Part shown: positions 30,613 through 40,028 of the stretch, in pieces
Numbering within the stretch: position 1 is the stretch's first letter
How the letters are laid out: each line of letters starts with the position of its first letter
Source of the DNA: a virus
Virus record (IMG/VR): IMGVR_UViG_3300010885_057925
Coordinates: 96,001-160,000 of that record
DNA length: 64,000 nucleotides
Strand: one strand, 5' to 3'
Notes under the pieces: generated by a model
Seen by the model: the letters and a program-made list of their open reading frames with translations, nothing else
Told to the model about the DNA's origin: nothing
Databases searched by the model: none
Made by a program: the position numbers and the translations under genes

Positions 30613-31524
30613 TTAATCCTCGATCAACTGCATCATCATCTTGTAATTTTTACCTGTCTTGTTGTTTACGATCCTGAGGAAATCGTTCTCCTCAATCACA
30701 GTCCAGTCACCACGCTCGTTGCGAAGGTGAAGGTCACCAGTGTAGATGTGGGCCCAGCGGATGTCTGCAGTGCCGAGAGTGTAGGTGTTGTGAGCGTCAG
30801 GAATGATCGAACCTTTCATTCCAACGGAGCCGGTGATGTAAATCGATCCAGACATGAATATGTTGGAAGCTCCGGCAGTGTCCGTTGTTCCAATCTTAAT
30901 ATTCGTGGTTGATCCTGGATCTCCGCCCTGACCTATGTTAATATTCTTTGTGAGACCAGAAAGAGTCGCTCCCGTTGCGAGATTAAGACTGATAGATCCC
31001 GTTCTGCTTGCTGCAACGTTGAGAGTGAAACCGTTCGCGTTGCTTGAATTTCCGAGAGATATTGTGGAAGCTGCTCCACCTATTGCGACGGAGCTGACGC
31101 CGGTTCCGAATATTGTTGTTGAAGATTCAGTGCTGGTGATATCGCCACCGTTAACAGCAATATCTCCTGAGATCGTTAGGCTGTTTGACCCTGTAGCAAA
31201 GACAAGACCTGATGAAGCTCCGAGAAAACCGTTGTTGTTAAACTGTATCTGAGTGTTTGAACCAGCAGGAGGAGAAGAAAACTCGATTAGATCAGAATCA
31301 CCGACTCCATCACGATACCAGTATTTTTTTGATGATCCACTTACGATTAGTCGAACTTCCATCGACTTGAATCTAAGAGCTGATGGAATACCAGAGTTTG
31401 CTGCTGCAATAGAAGACGAGACGGTATCGAAAGAACCAGTGAAGGGTCCCGAATACGAGTCGACTGGAACCGCGTTGACAGGCTGAATTCCGTATGGTAG
31501 CTGAAGTCCGGGAGTTACTGGCAT
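30613..31524 (-). CDS. Fibre-like structural protein
   Basis: 303 aa with PAGSNTQIQFNN module and RWAHIYTGDLHLRNERG C-terminus. Confidence 0.65.
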   Translation of the reverse strand: MPVTPGLQLPYGIQPVNAVPVDSYSGPFTGSFDTVSSSIAAANSGIPSALRFKSMEVRLIVSGSSKKYWYRDGVGDSDLIEFSSPPAGSNTQIQFNNNGFLGASSGLVFATGSNSLTISGDIAVNGGDITSTESSTTIFGTGVSSVAIGGAASTISLGNSSNANGFTLNVAASRTGSISLNLATGATLSGLTKNINIGQGGDPGSTTNIKIGTTDTAGASNIFMSGSIYITGSVGMKGSIIPDAHNTYTLGTADIRWAHIYTGDLHLRNERGDWTVIEENDFLRIVNNKTGKNYKMMMQLIED

Positions 31525-31536
31525 GCTGCTCTCTAA

Positions 31537-34500
31537 TTATGCCCTTACGATCGAGTGGCGGTGACTCGAAGCGTACGGGGAAGCGATTGTCATGGTGTAG
31601 ACCTTGTACGAGACTGCAGTCCCACCACCATCATTCACGTTGAACGTGGAGAGCACGTAGCTCGACGTGATGTCGGCGTTCAGGGCGTCCAAATCGATTA
31701 CGGAGGAGATGGTGTCTGATGCCGCCACTGTGGTAGGCAGCGCCATGGTGAAGTTGATCTGTGTATTTCCAGTATCCAGCACCGTAGTTCCACCAGCACT
31801 CACCAGTGTCTTTGTTCCAAGAGATCTGACATCTGCCGAAGTTGTCGGAGCTGTTGCCGACGGTCCGTAGAAAATTCCGTACTGGAATGTGATTGTTGTG
31901 CTACTTGACGTTGAGGTTTGGTAAGCATCGACAACTTGAATTCTGTATAACAACGACGTAGATGTGTTGAGAGCAGCATTGTTGTGGCTTGTAGAAGGAA
32001 TTGAGATCGATGAAGGGTTACCAGTGACTGGCACTGCGCTTAATCCCGGAACGTCGGTCCATCCACCTGAGCCGTTGACTTGATACTGAACTGAGTAGCT
32101 CGAAATAGGAGCGTTGATCCTGTTCCTGGTGATTGTACCAGAGATTGTTGAACCAACGTTTCCACGCTCGCGAAGAGAATTTGTCTCGTTTGTGAATCCA
32201 CCACCAGTTGTGGTAGCTACGGTGAGAGACATTGTCGGAGCTGAGTACGCTTGCGGAGTGAGGTTAGCTGATCCCGTAGTAACAGCACCCGCGCTATCCG
32301 TTATGATATACTGGTAGTTGAGGACGGTCGTAAAGAATGAACCGACCGTGAACGTATGGTCGTAGTACAGCGGATTTGTTGTTGCGCTCGAAAGAGTTGT
32401 CCACGGACCAGTTGAGCCGCTTCTGAACTGAAGGTCTGCTGTCGCGACCGTGGCCCCCAGCGTGTTGATCGTGTAACTTCCAGTGACAGAAGTCGTTATC
32501 GATCCCGAGATTCCGAACGTAGAGGTGATTGGATTGGTGGGGGTGAGATTGACCGTCGGATTGATAGGCTCTGCAATAGCAAGGAGTATGACCTCGGCCG
32601 GCGTTTTACCAGTTGCTGGAATCGTAGCTCCCGTGGCGTACCTTCCGAAAGTCCTGCCTCCCGTTAGAGAGACAGTGAGATCGCTTGGGAAGACGTATGA
32701 ATTGACAGTAACGCGACCATTTGCTGAGCCAGAAGTGATCGATATACTTCCGGTTTGAGCCATATCGCTTGACGAGCTAGCGATAAGGTACGGAGTCCCA
32801 TCGGCTAGATTTGTAAGAGATCCGCTGAGACCACCGGTAGCTTTTATCGTGACGCCGGTCAGAGTATCAGTGTTTTTATTGTAAGTTAGCCCGCTGTCAC
32901 CACCGAAAGTTGATCCGCCATCGTTGAATTGAACATAGGTGTCAGATCCACCGGGAGTGCCTCCTCCGCCAGAAGACGTAAGCTCCCACTGCCCAGAAGA
33001 GTTGTAGTTGACAGTTACACCACTGCCCGTGATGAAGTCTAGGTTTCCGACCGTCTTTCTTAGAGACCCCGTTATGCTTTGGGCAATAAGAGATCCAGTT
33101 ACCTGAACGTTCGACCCGCTCAGTCTTGTGACTGAATCACTTGATAGTGTGAGGCTCTTGCCGGAAGCTGCGCTGAGAGATGCAATGTCACCTGATCCGC
33201 TGCTAAACGCTGCGAACGTGGCACCATGACGTTGAAAATTAATCTGAGCAGCGCCATGGTTAATGTTAACTGTCGAGCCGCTGAGCTGCGTTGATGAAGT
33301 TCCACCGAAGCTGATGTTACCAGTAGTTCCAGCAACTACAACGTCAGTAGATCCGTTATAAGCGACGTCAAGAAACTCAGTAGTGTTTCTCTTGAAAGTT
33401 GTGGTTCCGTTGTTGGACCCTATTGTTACTTTGGAGCCAGAAACGATGAGAGGCCACGCAGCTCCGGACGGAAGCTTTGCTCTCAATGCTGGATTCGCAG
33501 AATCTGACACATCGATAACAACTCTTTCGACGGTGTTCGAACCGAACCACGTCTGACCATCATAAGCATCAAAATGAACGTTCGAGCCCGAAACGTAGAT
33601 ACCCGGGTAGAACTGCTCTATTGATCTTATCTGGGCTGAGTAACCCCCACTTTTTGAAAACTCAATGTAACTCGAGCCGTCTTCTTTGAATGTCACGGGT
33701 GCTAAAGCACTTGAATCAAGCACCACGGAGGTGCCACTCATAGTCAGCGTGGTTCCGTTAGAAGAAGTAACTACTGCCGTTGAGCCGTTAACTTGAAAAG
33801 AGGAAGCCCTGACCGGTTGGAGACCGCTGACAACGACAGAAGTCGCGCCGGCTGTCGATGTTGTCTTTGTCGCGACAAATGAACCGCTGTTGTTTGACCA
33901 AGCAAAAGCAACGTTATTTCCAGCACCTGTGATCCCGCCGATGAAACCACGATCTCCAGCTGAACCTGCGACTGAGCCGGTCGTAAACCCAAGACCGATG
34001 AGCGGATCTTCAATTGTGATATTCGAAACGTCAACTGTGACAGCTGTTCCCAGAACTTCAAAATCACCGGGAATAACAACTTTGCCCGTGCTTGAACCAA
34101 GATTTAGGGTTGTAGCTGAAGCGGCGAGGTTAAACGTTGAGGCTGTGGTGGTGATGTCTCCACCGTTGACAGCAACATCTCCTGTGAACGCAGCGTTAGA
34201 TCCAGTTACATTGCCAACAATGAACTGTGAACCAGATACTACAATATCGCCACCGAAAACTGACTTTCTCGCAGACGCTCCCGTGACCCCTGACGTTCCG
34301 CTTACAAAGAAAAACACGTCAGCGCCGGCGCTTTGAGCTGCGTAGCTCGATCCCAACGCTCCGGCGATTGCTACTGATGCGGTCGAGTTAAGTCGAGGAG
34401 AGGGAGAAAGTTCATTCCAGTTGCTTGCTCCACCGCCGCCGCCTCCACCAGCTGAGTAAGCGGTGCCAGCAGAGTCGTAGATTGTTCCTGAAACAACGAC

Positions 34501-34728
34501 ATCACCCTTGAAAGTGACGACGCCCCTTGAGAGTGAATTTTTAGAACCAGCTGTTCCTGAAATGAAAAGCCAAGTGTCGGAACCAGTCGTGAAGTGAGAG
34601 GCTGTGAATCCGCCTGAATCATCTGTCACCGACCCCATACCGTAGATCAGGAGCGGAGAGGCAGCAGAGCTTCCAGAGTTTATGATCTGGTTAACTCTTA
34701 GCTGCCTTGTTCTAAAGTCTACCGACAT
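31537..34728 (-). CDS. Large fibre-like structural protein
   Basis: 1063 aa S/T/G-rich, sharing several modules with the 855 aa and 303 aa proteins. Confidence 0.68.
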   Translation of the reverse strand: MSVDFRTRQLRVNQIINSGSSAASPLLIYGMGSVTDDSGGFTASHFTTGSDTWLFISGTAGSKNSLSRGVVTFKGDVVVSGTIYDSAGTAYSAGGGGGGGASNWNELSPSPRLNSTASVAIAGALGSSYAAQSAGADVFFFVSGTSGVTGASARKSVFGGDIVVSGSQFIVGNVTGSNAAFTGDVAVNGGDITTTASTFNLAASATTLNLGSSTGKVVIPGDFEVLGTAVTVDVSNITIEDPLIGLGFTTGSVAGSAGDRGFIGGITGAGNNVAFAWSNNSGSFVATKTTSTAGATSVVVSGLQPVRASSFQVNGSTAVVTSSNGTTLTMSGTSVVLDSSALAPVTFKEDGSSYIEFSKSGGYSAQIRSIEQFYPGIYVSGSNVHFDAYDGQTWFGSNTVERVVIDVSDSANPALRAKLPSGAAWPLIVSGSKVTIGSNNGTTTFKRNTTEFLDVAYNGSTDVVVAGTTGNISFGGTSSTQLSGSTVNINHGAAQINFQRHGATFAAFSSGSGDIASLSAASGKSLTLSSDSVTRLSGSNVQVTGSLIAQSITGSLRKTVGNLDFITGSGVTVNYNSSGQWELTSSGGGGTPGGSDTYVQFNDGGSTFGGDSGLTYNKNTDTLTGVTIKATGGLSGSLTNLADGTPYLIASSSSDMAQTGSISITSGSANGRVTVNSYVFPSDLTVSLTGGRTFGRYATGATIPATGKTPAEVILLAIAEPINPTVNLTPTNPITSTFGISGSITTSVTGSYTINTLGATVATADLQFRSGSTGPWTTLSSATTNPLYYDHTFTVGSFFTTVLNYQYIITDSAGAVTTGSANLTPQAYSAPTMSLTVATTTGGGFTNETNSLRERGNVGSTISGTITRNRINAPISSYSVQYQVNGSGGWTDVPGLSAVPVTGNPSSISIPSTSHNNAALNTSTSLLYRIQVVDAYQTSTSSSTTITFQYGIFYGPSATAPTTSADVRSLGTKTLVSAGGTTVLDTGNTQINFTMALPTTVAASDTISSVIDLDALNADITSSYVLSTFNVNDGGGTAVSYKVYTMTIASPYASSHRHSIVRA

Positions 34729-35054
34729 TACGCTGTGACCTCAATCGCGTGAATATGAACACTGTCAGAGTTTGGAACAGAGGCTTTTATGATAAGCTGT
34801 GAGACACTGACGGAAACTATGAACACGTTAAAATTCGCAATTGAACCGATGGGAGTGAGTGTCACTTTCGGAGCGCTTGAGAATGTTTTCGTGAAATTGT
34901 AAGTTATCTGATCAGAACCGCCGAATGACGCAGTCGCTGCCTCTATAGTTGCTGACAAGGTTGGCTCCGATGTCGAAGTGAACAGTAGTCTGGGTTCGCG
35001 ACGCAGGAATGGGTACGTCTTTTTATATCGCTGTAGATCGATCTTTGTCGGCAC
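34728..35054 (-). CDS. Small structural protein, H-type lectin/gp53-like beta domain
   Basis: ITYNFTKTFSSAPKVTLT...VHIHAI pattern, GTG start after GGAGG. Confidence 0.5.
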   Translation of the reverse strand: MPTKIDLQRYKKTYPFLRREPRLLFTSTSEPTLSATIEAATASFGGSDQITYNFTKTFSSAPKVTLTPIGSIANFNVFIVSVSVSQLIIKASVPNSDSVHIHAIEVTA

Positions 35055-35070
35055 GAGACGCCTCCACCCC

Positions 35071-35077
35071 TAAGTAT
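35071..35077 (-). promoter_or_regulatory. ATANTTA putative late promoter
   Basis: ATACTTA at the head of the fibre operon. Confidence 0.45.
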
Positions 35078-35083
35078 TAAGAG

Positions 35084-36409
35084 CTAGAGCATCTGGCCTG
35101 CAAGAGTAGCAAGCTCTGAGCGCTCTCCGCGCTCCAAGGTTACATGACAAGTCAGATCGGAAGTCTTTAACTTCTCAACAGCGATGGTGAGACCGTTAGA
35201 GTAGCTATCAATGTAGGGAGTGTCGATCTGATCGATGTCTCCAAGCAGAACAATCTTGCTATTCTTACCAGTTCTCGTGATTATGGTCTTGAGCTCATGA
35301 ATAGTGGTGTTCTGTGCTTCGTCAACTATGATGAAAGCCTCGCTGAATGTTCTGCCTCTGATAAAAGCTAGCGGAGCAACGTCGATGTCTCCGCGAGTCC
35401 TCATCATCTCAAAATAAGTCGATTCACCGAAAGCCTGTCTAAAGTTGTCAACAATGGGAGAGAGCCAGGGCGCCATCTTGTCGTTGATATCTCCAGGCAA
35501 GAATCCAAGTTCCTTACCGACTGGTTCAATCGAGCGAGTGATGATGATTCTCTTGTAATTTTTTTCACTAAATCCCTGCATAGCAGCCGCTAGAGTGAGA
35601 AAAGTCTTACCACTTCCGGCTAGACCAGACAGAGATACAAGAGGAATCTCAGGGTCAAGCAACGCATGAAGCGCAAACTTCTGCTCTTTGCTTCTAGCAC
35701 TCACACTGTTACACTTGTAGTTGAGGGGCTTAAGCTTCCCGCTCTTGTGAATCGCTAGAAAAGACTTCTTGGGATCTAGGTCTGATGTCCCATACACGAA
35801 TTGGTTTGGCTGAAGCTCTGGCATCCAATCAGAAACTTCAAGTTCTTTTTGAGAATAGAAAGTGTCAACGTCACGATCAGAAAACTCAATCGCTTCCTGA
35901 CCCGAGAACATCTGACCGCCTTCCTTCACGCTCTTGACATGATCGCGGTAATAATCCTCCGCTACCAGTCCCAGAGCGTCGCACTTGACTCGAAGGTTGA
36001 TGTCCTTCGTCACGACCTTCACTGTGGCCCCTGGGTGACCTGTCTTGAGGCCCAGAGCCACAGCGATGAGTTGGTTATCGCCCTTCTTAAAATCGAGCCC
36101 TGAGGGAAGCTGGATGCCCAACGGACTCAACTCGTTTTCTATACGAACCGTCTGTTCGTTCCCAACATCAACGCCGTTGTGCAGATTACCGGTTGACCTT
36201 AATTGATCCAAGTATCGATTGACGTACCTAGCTGACGACCCAAGAAGATCTTGACGCTCTTTAAACCTGTCCAGCTCTTCTAGAACGACAAGAGGGAGAA
36301 CAACGTCATTACCAGGAAACGAGTGAATGCTCTGCATGTCATGTAAAAGAACCGATGTGTCTATTACAAGAATCTTTCTATTTCCGCGTTTGTCTTGACG
36401 AGGCTGCAA
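35084..36409 (-). CDS. phoH: PIN-PhoH family ATPase (PhoH2/YlaK-like)
   Basis: VIDTSVLLHD PIN motif, GLAGSGKT, RGRTF, DEAQN and LGDIDQID. Confidence 0.93.
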   Translation of the reverse strand: MQPRQDKRGNRKILVIDTSVLLHDMQSIHSFPGNDVVLPLVVLEELDRFKERQDLLGSSARYVNRYLDQLRSTGNLHNGVDVGNEQTVRIENELSPLGIQLPSGLDFKKGDNQLIAVALGLKTGHPGATVKVVTKDINLRVKCDALGLVAEDYYRDHVKSVKEGGQMFSGQEAIEFSDRDVDTFYSQKELEVSDWMPELQPNQFVYGTSDLDPKKSFLAIHKSGKLKPLNYKCNSVSARSKEQKFALHALLDPEIPLVSLSGLAGSGKTFLTLAAAMQGFSEKNYKRIIITRSIEPVGKELGFLPGDINDKMAPWLSPIVDNFRQAFGESTYFEMMRTRGDIDVAPLAFIRGRTFSEAFIIVDEAQNTTIHELKTIITRTGKNSKIVLLGDIDQIDTPYIDSYSNGLTIAVEKLKTSDLTCHVTLERGERSELATLAGQML

Positions 36410-36461
36410 AATGTCTCCTTTAGAGTAAAGATATCAACTAAGAGAAGAGAGTAATCTGAAT

Positions 36462-36722
36462 ATGCCGCAACAAGCAAACGAAAATGTAGCTATCAATACG
36501 ACATGTTTTTCTGAGCACGAAAAGCGAGGATTAACATGTGAAAAGAAATCCTGCCGCCTCTGGATGACGGCAGGAGAGTATTTAAATTGCGCGGCTGTAG
36601 CTGCGAACAAAAACGATGAAGGAATGACTCTCCAACAGATCGGTGATATATTCGGCGTCACTAGGATGAGAATATGCCAATTAGAGAAATCATCTCTTCA
36701 AAAAGCTCAATCGTCAGTTTGA
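36462..36722 (+). CDS. Stand-alone sigma70 region-4 HTH protein with Cys-rich N-terminus
   Basis: MTLQQIGDIFGVTRMRICQLEK matches sigma region 4.2 (TLEEVG..F.VTRERIRQIE). Four upstream Cys. Confidence 0.75.
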   Translation: MPQQANENVAINTTCFSEHEKRGLTCEKKSCRLWMTAGEYLNCAAVAANKNDEGMTLQQIGDIFGVTRMRICQLEKSSLQKAQSSV

Positions 36723-36723
36723 G

Positions 36724-37077
36724 TTACCGAGCTTTGGTGGCTGCAGTAAGAGCGTTGACAATCTCAGTCTTTGTGCTGACAGATGTAACTGAAAGATTCA
36801 TAGACTGAGCAACTGCTAGAAGCTGAGTTTTCGACCAGGACACGTCCCAATTTGGGAAATTGACCTCGACAGTTTCCTCGACCGCCTGCTCTTCCTGGGC
36901 GTCTACCTCATCAGCTTCAACGGTTGCAGGCTCAACTACAACTACCGGTGCTTCAACAACCTGAGCGTCGTTCTGATTCTGCAACTCGGAAACTGGAGCT
37001 TCTACGGCTACAGTCTCGATATCAGAGGCGTCGGAATGATGCTTACGATTAACAAGATTGTATAGGCTGGCAGGCAT
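36724..37077 (-). CDS. Hypothetical acidic protein with C-terminal Rho_N/HeH-like helix pair
   Basis: WSKTQLLAVAQSMNL...TKTEIVNAL. Confidence 0.5.
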   Translation of the reverse strand: MPASLYNLVNRKHHSDASDIETVAVEAPVSELQNQNDAQVVEAPVVVVEPATVEADEVDAQEEQAVEETVEVNFPNWDVSWSKTQLLAVAQSMNLSVTSVSTKTEIVNALTAATKAR

Positions 37078-37078
37078 A

Positions 37079-37291
37079 TTAAGCCTCGCCGTCAGACGTC
37101 TTGCGCTGCTTCTCGATATCGACCATCAGCTTCGTAAGAGTTGCGGACTCTTTCTTGAGAAGCCTGAGACCCCTGCGTGCTCTCACACCCGCCGAGACGT
37201 TCCCGCGCGCGTTCTTCTGAACGTCAAGCTCCGTTGACTCGACAAGAGCTTTGATCCTATTCCAGCACTCGTTAATTGCATCGTTAGACAT
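37079..37291 (-). CDS. Histone H1-like (Hc1 family) DNA-binding protein
   Basis: GNVSAGVRARRGL signature, 70 aa. Confidence 0.7.
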   Translation of the reverse strand: MSNDAINECWNRIKALVESTELDVQKNARGNVSAGVRARRGLRLLKKESATLTKLMVDIEKQRKTSDGEA

Positions 37292-37302
37292 TTTCTACTC
37301 CA

Positions 37303-37542
37303 TTAACCTGTTATGATGTTACTAGTTGGAAGTTGCGCTTCATCAAGCGCTTCTTTTGCGGCGTTAGAGATACGAACCAATGCAGCACGATCCTCTAACT
37401 CAAGTGACAAAAGACTTATGATTTGAAGCATCTGCTTTTGTTTAACGCCAAACTTAAGTATCTCATCGACAATTTGTCTGCTCTTGAGTGACTCAGCAGC
37501 CCAAATCTCTGTTTCAGTTTGTCCGAATTTCTTAGCTTCCAT
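37303..37542 (-). CDS. Hypothetical protein
   Basis: 79 aa coupled ORF. Confidence 0.6.
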   Translation of the reverse strand: MEAKKFGQTETEIWAAESLKSRQIVDEILKFGVKQKQMLQIISLLSLELEDRAALVRISNAAKEALDEAQLPTSNIITG

Positions 37543-37994
37543 TAGAATGCCTCAATTTTAAACCTTTCTTCACCAAGAAAAATAAGTCTTTTTCCATGAA
37601 GATCGCCGTCATCGTCCTCTTCTCTTGTCAAGATAATCCAAGAATCCCACGCTTTACTCAGATAGATCCATTCAGCATGTTCCCAGGTCGAGATGTCGCT
37701 TTGGTAAGAGTCTAAAACTTCTGAAAGAGATTTCGGGAGAGACAATCTGATGTCAGATATGCTAGGAAGAGTCTTTGACTCTTCCTTTGTCGTAAGCTCA
37801 GATCTGCAGACATCTACTACTTTGTGAATGATCCCACAGTTATTGCATTGCGCAAATTTCGGCTGAACAGTGTCAGACTCTTCTTCTAAAATTGAAAACA
37901 CTGCGAATTTATGAAAAACGGGATCACGACTCTCTTTGAATTGCGGAAGTATGCAATGACATTGAATCAGATGTTTTATTCCGCTTAGTGGCAT
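37542..37994 (-). CDS. Hypothetical protein, possible Zn-binding (CxC, CxxC)
   Basis: HLIQCHC and QCNNCGIIH. Confidence 0.6.
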   Translation of the reverse strand: MPLSGIKHLIQCHCILPQFKESRDPVFHKFAVFSILEEESDTVQPKFAQCNNCGIIHKVVDVCRSELTTKEESKTLPSISDIRLSLPKSLSEVLDSYQSDISTWEHAEWIYLSKAWDSWIILTREEDDDGDLHGKRLIFLGEERFKIEAF

Positions 37995-38279
37995 CTATCG
38001 TCCGAACAGACTCGTCTTCTTCACTGTCGCGTCAACTTCAATAGTTCCATGATTGCGATTAGCATTTACATGCTTGTTCGCGACAGACACGTATTGGTTA
38101 ACACCGTTGTACGCCACACCCTCTACAGTCATCGAAGCAACCGCAATGACTCTTCTGATCTGATCATCAGTCAGCTTTAGCTCGCTTCTAAGAACTGAAG
38201 TTAACGCAACTGCAAGATTGTCATTGATTGCGCCGACAACGTCGTTCGTAACTCTTCCCATGTCACTTTCTAAGCTCAA
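37995..38279 (-). CDS. Hypothetical protein
   Basis: TTG start with strong AGGAGG SD. Confidence 0.6.
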   Translation of the reverse strand: MSLESDMGRVTNDVVGAINDNLAVALTSVLRSELKLTDDQIRRVIAVASMTVEGVAYNGVNQYVSVANKHVNANRNHGTIEVDATVKKTSLFGR

Positions 38280-38326
38280 AATAACCTCCTTTTGAGATTT
38301 TCATTTTTACCATCAAAAAGTAAAAA

Positions 38327-38770
38327 TCAACGTGTGAATTTATCAGCTATTGTCGTAGACGCCCAGGCGTCAGGTTTGATAGTAGGCTCGTATCCCATTC
38401 CGCTGATGTATGATTTCGCTGCTTTGGCGAGTCTAGCAGATCTACTGTCAGGATCAGATGCAATGTCAGCGTGAATATTAACGTGGATATTCGGTCGTTG
38501 AGATTTGATTAGCTCTGCAGTCATAACAGATTCGTAAACTTCATGCATCAGTCTATCTTCTAAAGATTTGAAAGAAGAGCGGTTAAATTTATTCTTCTTG
38601 TAGAAGAACTTTCCCCCTCGACCCTCCCAATAAACGCAGATAGCTGTGGCCAGTTGCCACTGTCCAGCCACAAGCTGTGAATCTGTTCCAACAAAAACTT
38701 TTGATTCAACACTTATTTCGGAAATAACGTCATCTATGCTGTGATGTTTGCCGTCTGGGCTTATCCACAT
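38327..38770 (-). CDS. RNase H-like YkuK family protein
   Basis: VFVGTDSQ, RLMHEV..S, IHADI and KPDAWASTTIAD. Confidence 0.8.
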   Translation of the reverse strand: MWISPDGKHHSIDDVISEISVESKVFVGTDSQLVAGQWQLATAICVYWEGRGGKFFYKKNKFNRSSFKSLEDRLMHEVYESVMTAELIKSQRPNIHVNIHADIASDPDSRSARLAKAAKSYISGMGYEPTIKPDAWASTTIADKFTR

Positions 38771-39993
38771 AGTTTATCCTCTGTTAAGATAGCGCCGTTT
38801 TTAGATAGCACCTGCAAGAATGAATCACTAGCTTTTTTTCCAGCCTCAATAGATGAAAACGGATACACACCGTTGTGAAAGTTGCAAACTCCACTTTTCA
38901 AAGAAGCGACGCTGTACCTAATGCAATAGTCGATTCTGTCTCTTGACGTTCCGGCAAACGACTTGTTGTCTTTTCCTACTCTGATTGTAAGAGCGCCGGC
39001 TCCTAGAGAAGAAATTCTTTTTCTTAAGATTTCTTCCTCAGCAGAAGATGAGCTCTTTATTCTCTCAGAAAGATAAGAAACAACCTTGGACATATTGTTT
39101 TTCAAGCTTTCAAGTTCAACAAAGTTGACAAATGCTGTTGCTTTTTCAATCTTTGGACACTGCGACAAGTCTACGCTTGAAATCAGCTCTCCCTTTAAAG
39201 ATGAAACAACATCTGTCCCAAATCCAGTAGCAAGATCTACCAAAGCGTTGCAGCCAACTTCGTCGTACGGTACCTCAATAGGAATAACCTGAGCTGTGTT
39301 TCTTTGAAAATTAACTGCAGATGTTGTGACAACGTCGTTAGAGAATCCACGAGCAAAAATAAGATACGGAGTCAAATTTTCATTTGAATCTTGAAAAATT
39401 TTGTGACACTCAGAAACGCTCTCTATGATTCCGTCTATAAAAACTAGCTTGGGATAATTAACCGAGGCTTTACTCGACTTGAGAGATGAAAAAAAGTCAA
39501 TTGAAGGGTGCCATGAGCACTGCTGAGAACCAAAAACAATCTCAGTTTTTGTTGAGTCAGATTTGTCAAGAACGATTTTTCCGTCTCGGCCTGCTCGCTT
39601 GAGACTCTCTATTACAACTTTTGCCGATTTCTCGTCAGAAGCAGATGACATAGATTTTTCAAGCTCTAATAAAGAAAACCTTCTGTTTTTAATAGATTCT
39701 ATGAAAGAGTTCTTGTCTTTTAAGCTTAAAAATTTAAGCATGACAAACGAACCACCCGCAGACGTAGACTCGGCGTCCACCATACACCTCAGAAGCATAT
39801 TCTTAAGAGGCCCAGTACTTAAAACTTGCGATGCAATTCTAAGGCAGTCCGACTTCGAAGCAACGTAAGAAGAGTCATTCAGGTTAACAAACAACTTACC
39901 ATTCTCAAGATCGCTGACTAGCGTCGAGATTTCAGAAAAAAGCTGCGCGGCTTCACGTCGCGCAGCTTCTGATGTTTTAAGAGTTACCTTCAC
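38761..39993 (-). CDS. Divergent chaperonin (GroEL/Cpn60-like) protein
   Basis: AGRDGKI, apical-domain-like PKLVFIDGIIESV..PYLIFARGF..DLATGFG, LRKRISSLGAGALTIRVG and RDRIDY. No GDGTT motif. Confidence 0.65.
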   Translation of the reverse strand: MKVTLKTSEAARREAAQLFSEISTLVSDLENGKLFVNLNDSSYVASKSDCLRIASQVLSTGPLKNMLLRCMVDAESTSAGGSFVMLKFLSLKDKNSFIESIKNRRFSLLELEKSMSSASDEKSAKVVIESLKRAGRDGKIVLDKSDSTKTEIVFGSQQCSWHPSIDFFSSLKSSKASVNYPKLVFIDGIIESVSECHKIFQDSNENLTPYLIFARGFSNDVVTTSAVNFQRNTAQVIPIEVPYDEVGCNALVDLATGFGTDVVSSLKGELISSVDLSQCPKIEKATAFVNFVELESLKNNMSKVVSYLSERIKSSSSAEEEILRKRISSLGAGALTIRVGKDNKSFAGTSRDRIDYCIRYSVASLKSGVCNFHNGVYPFSSIEAGKKASDSFLQVLSKNGAILTEDKLCG

Positions 39994-40028
39994 GTTGAAT
40001 TTTTGTTATTTCTAACGAGAAGATAAAC

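Noticed and set aside
28004-31524. Diversity-generating retroelement acting on the duplicated fibre C-termini
   Set aside because: Both copies are coding, the differences are not adenine-specific, and no reverse transcriptase is present.
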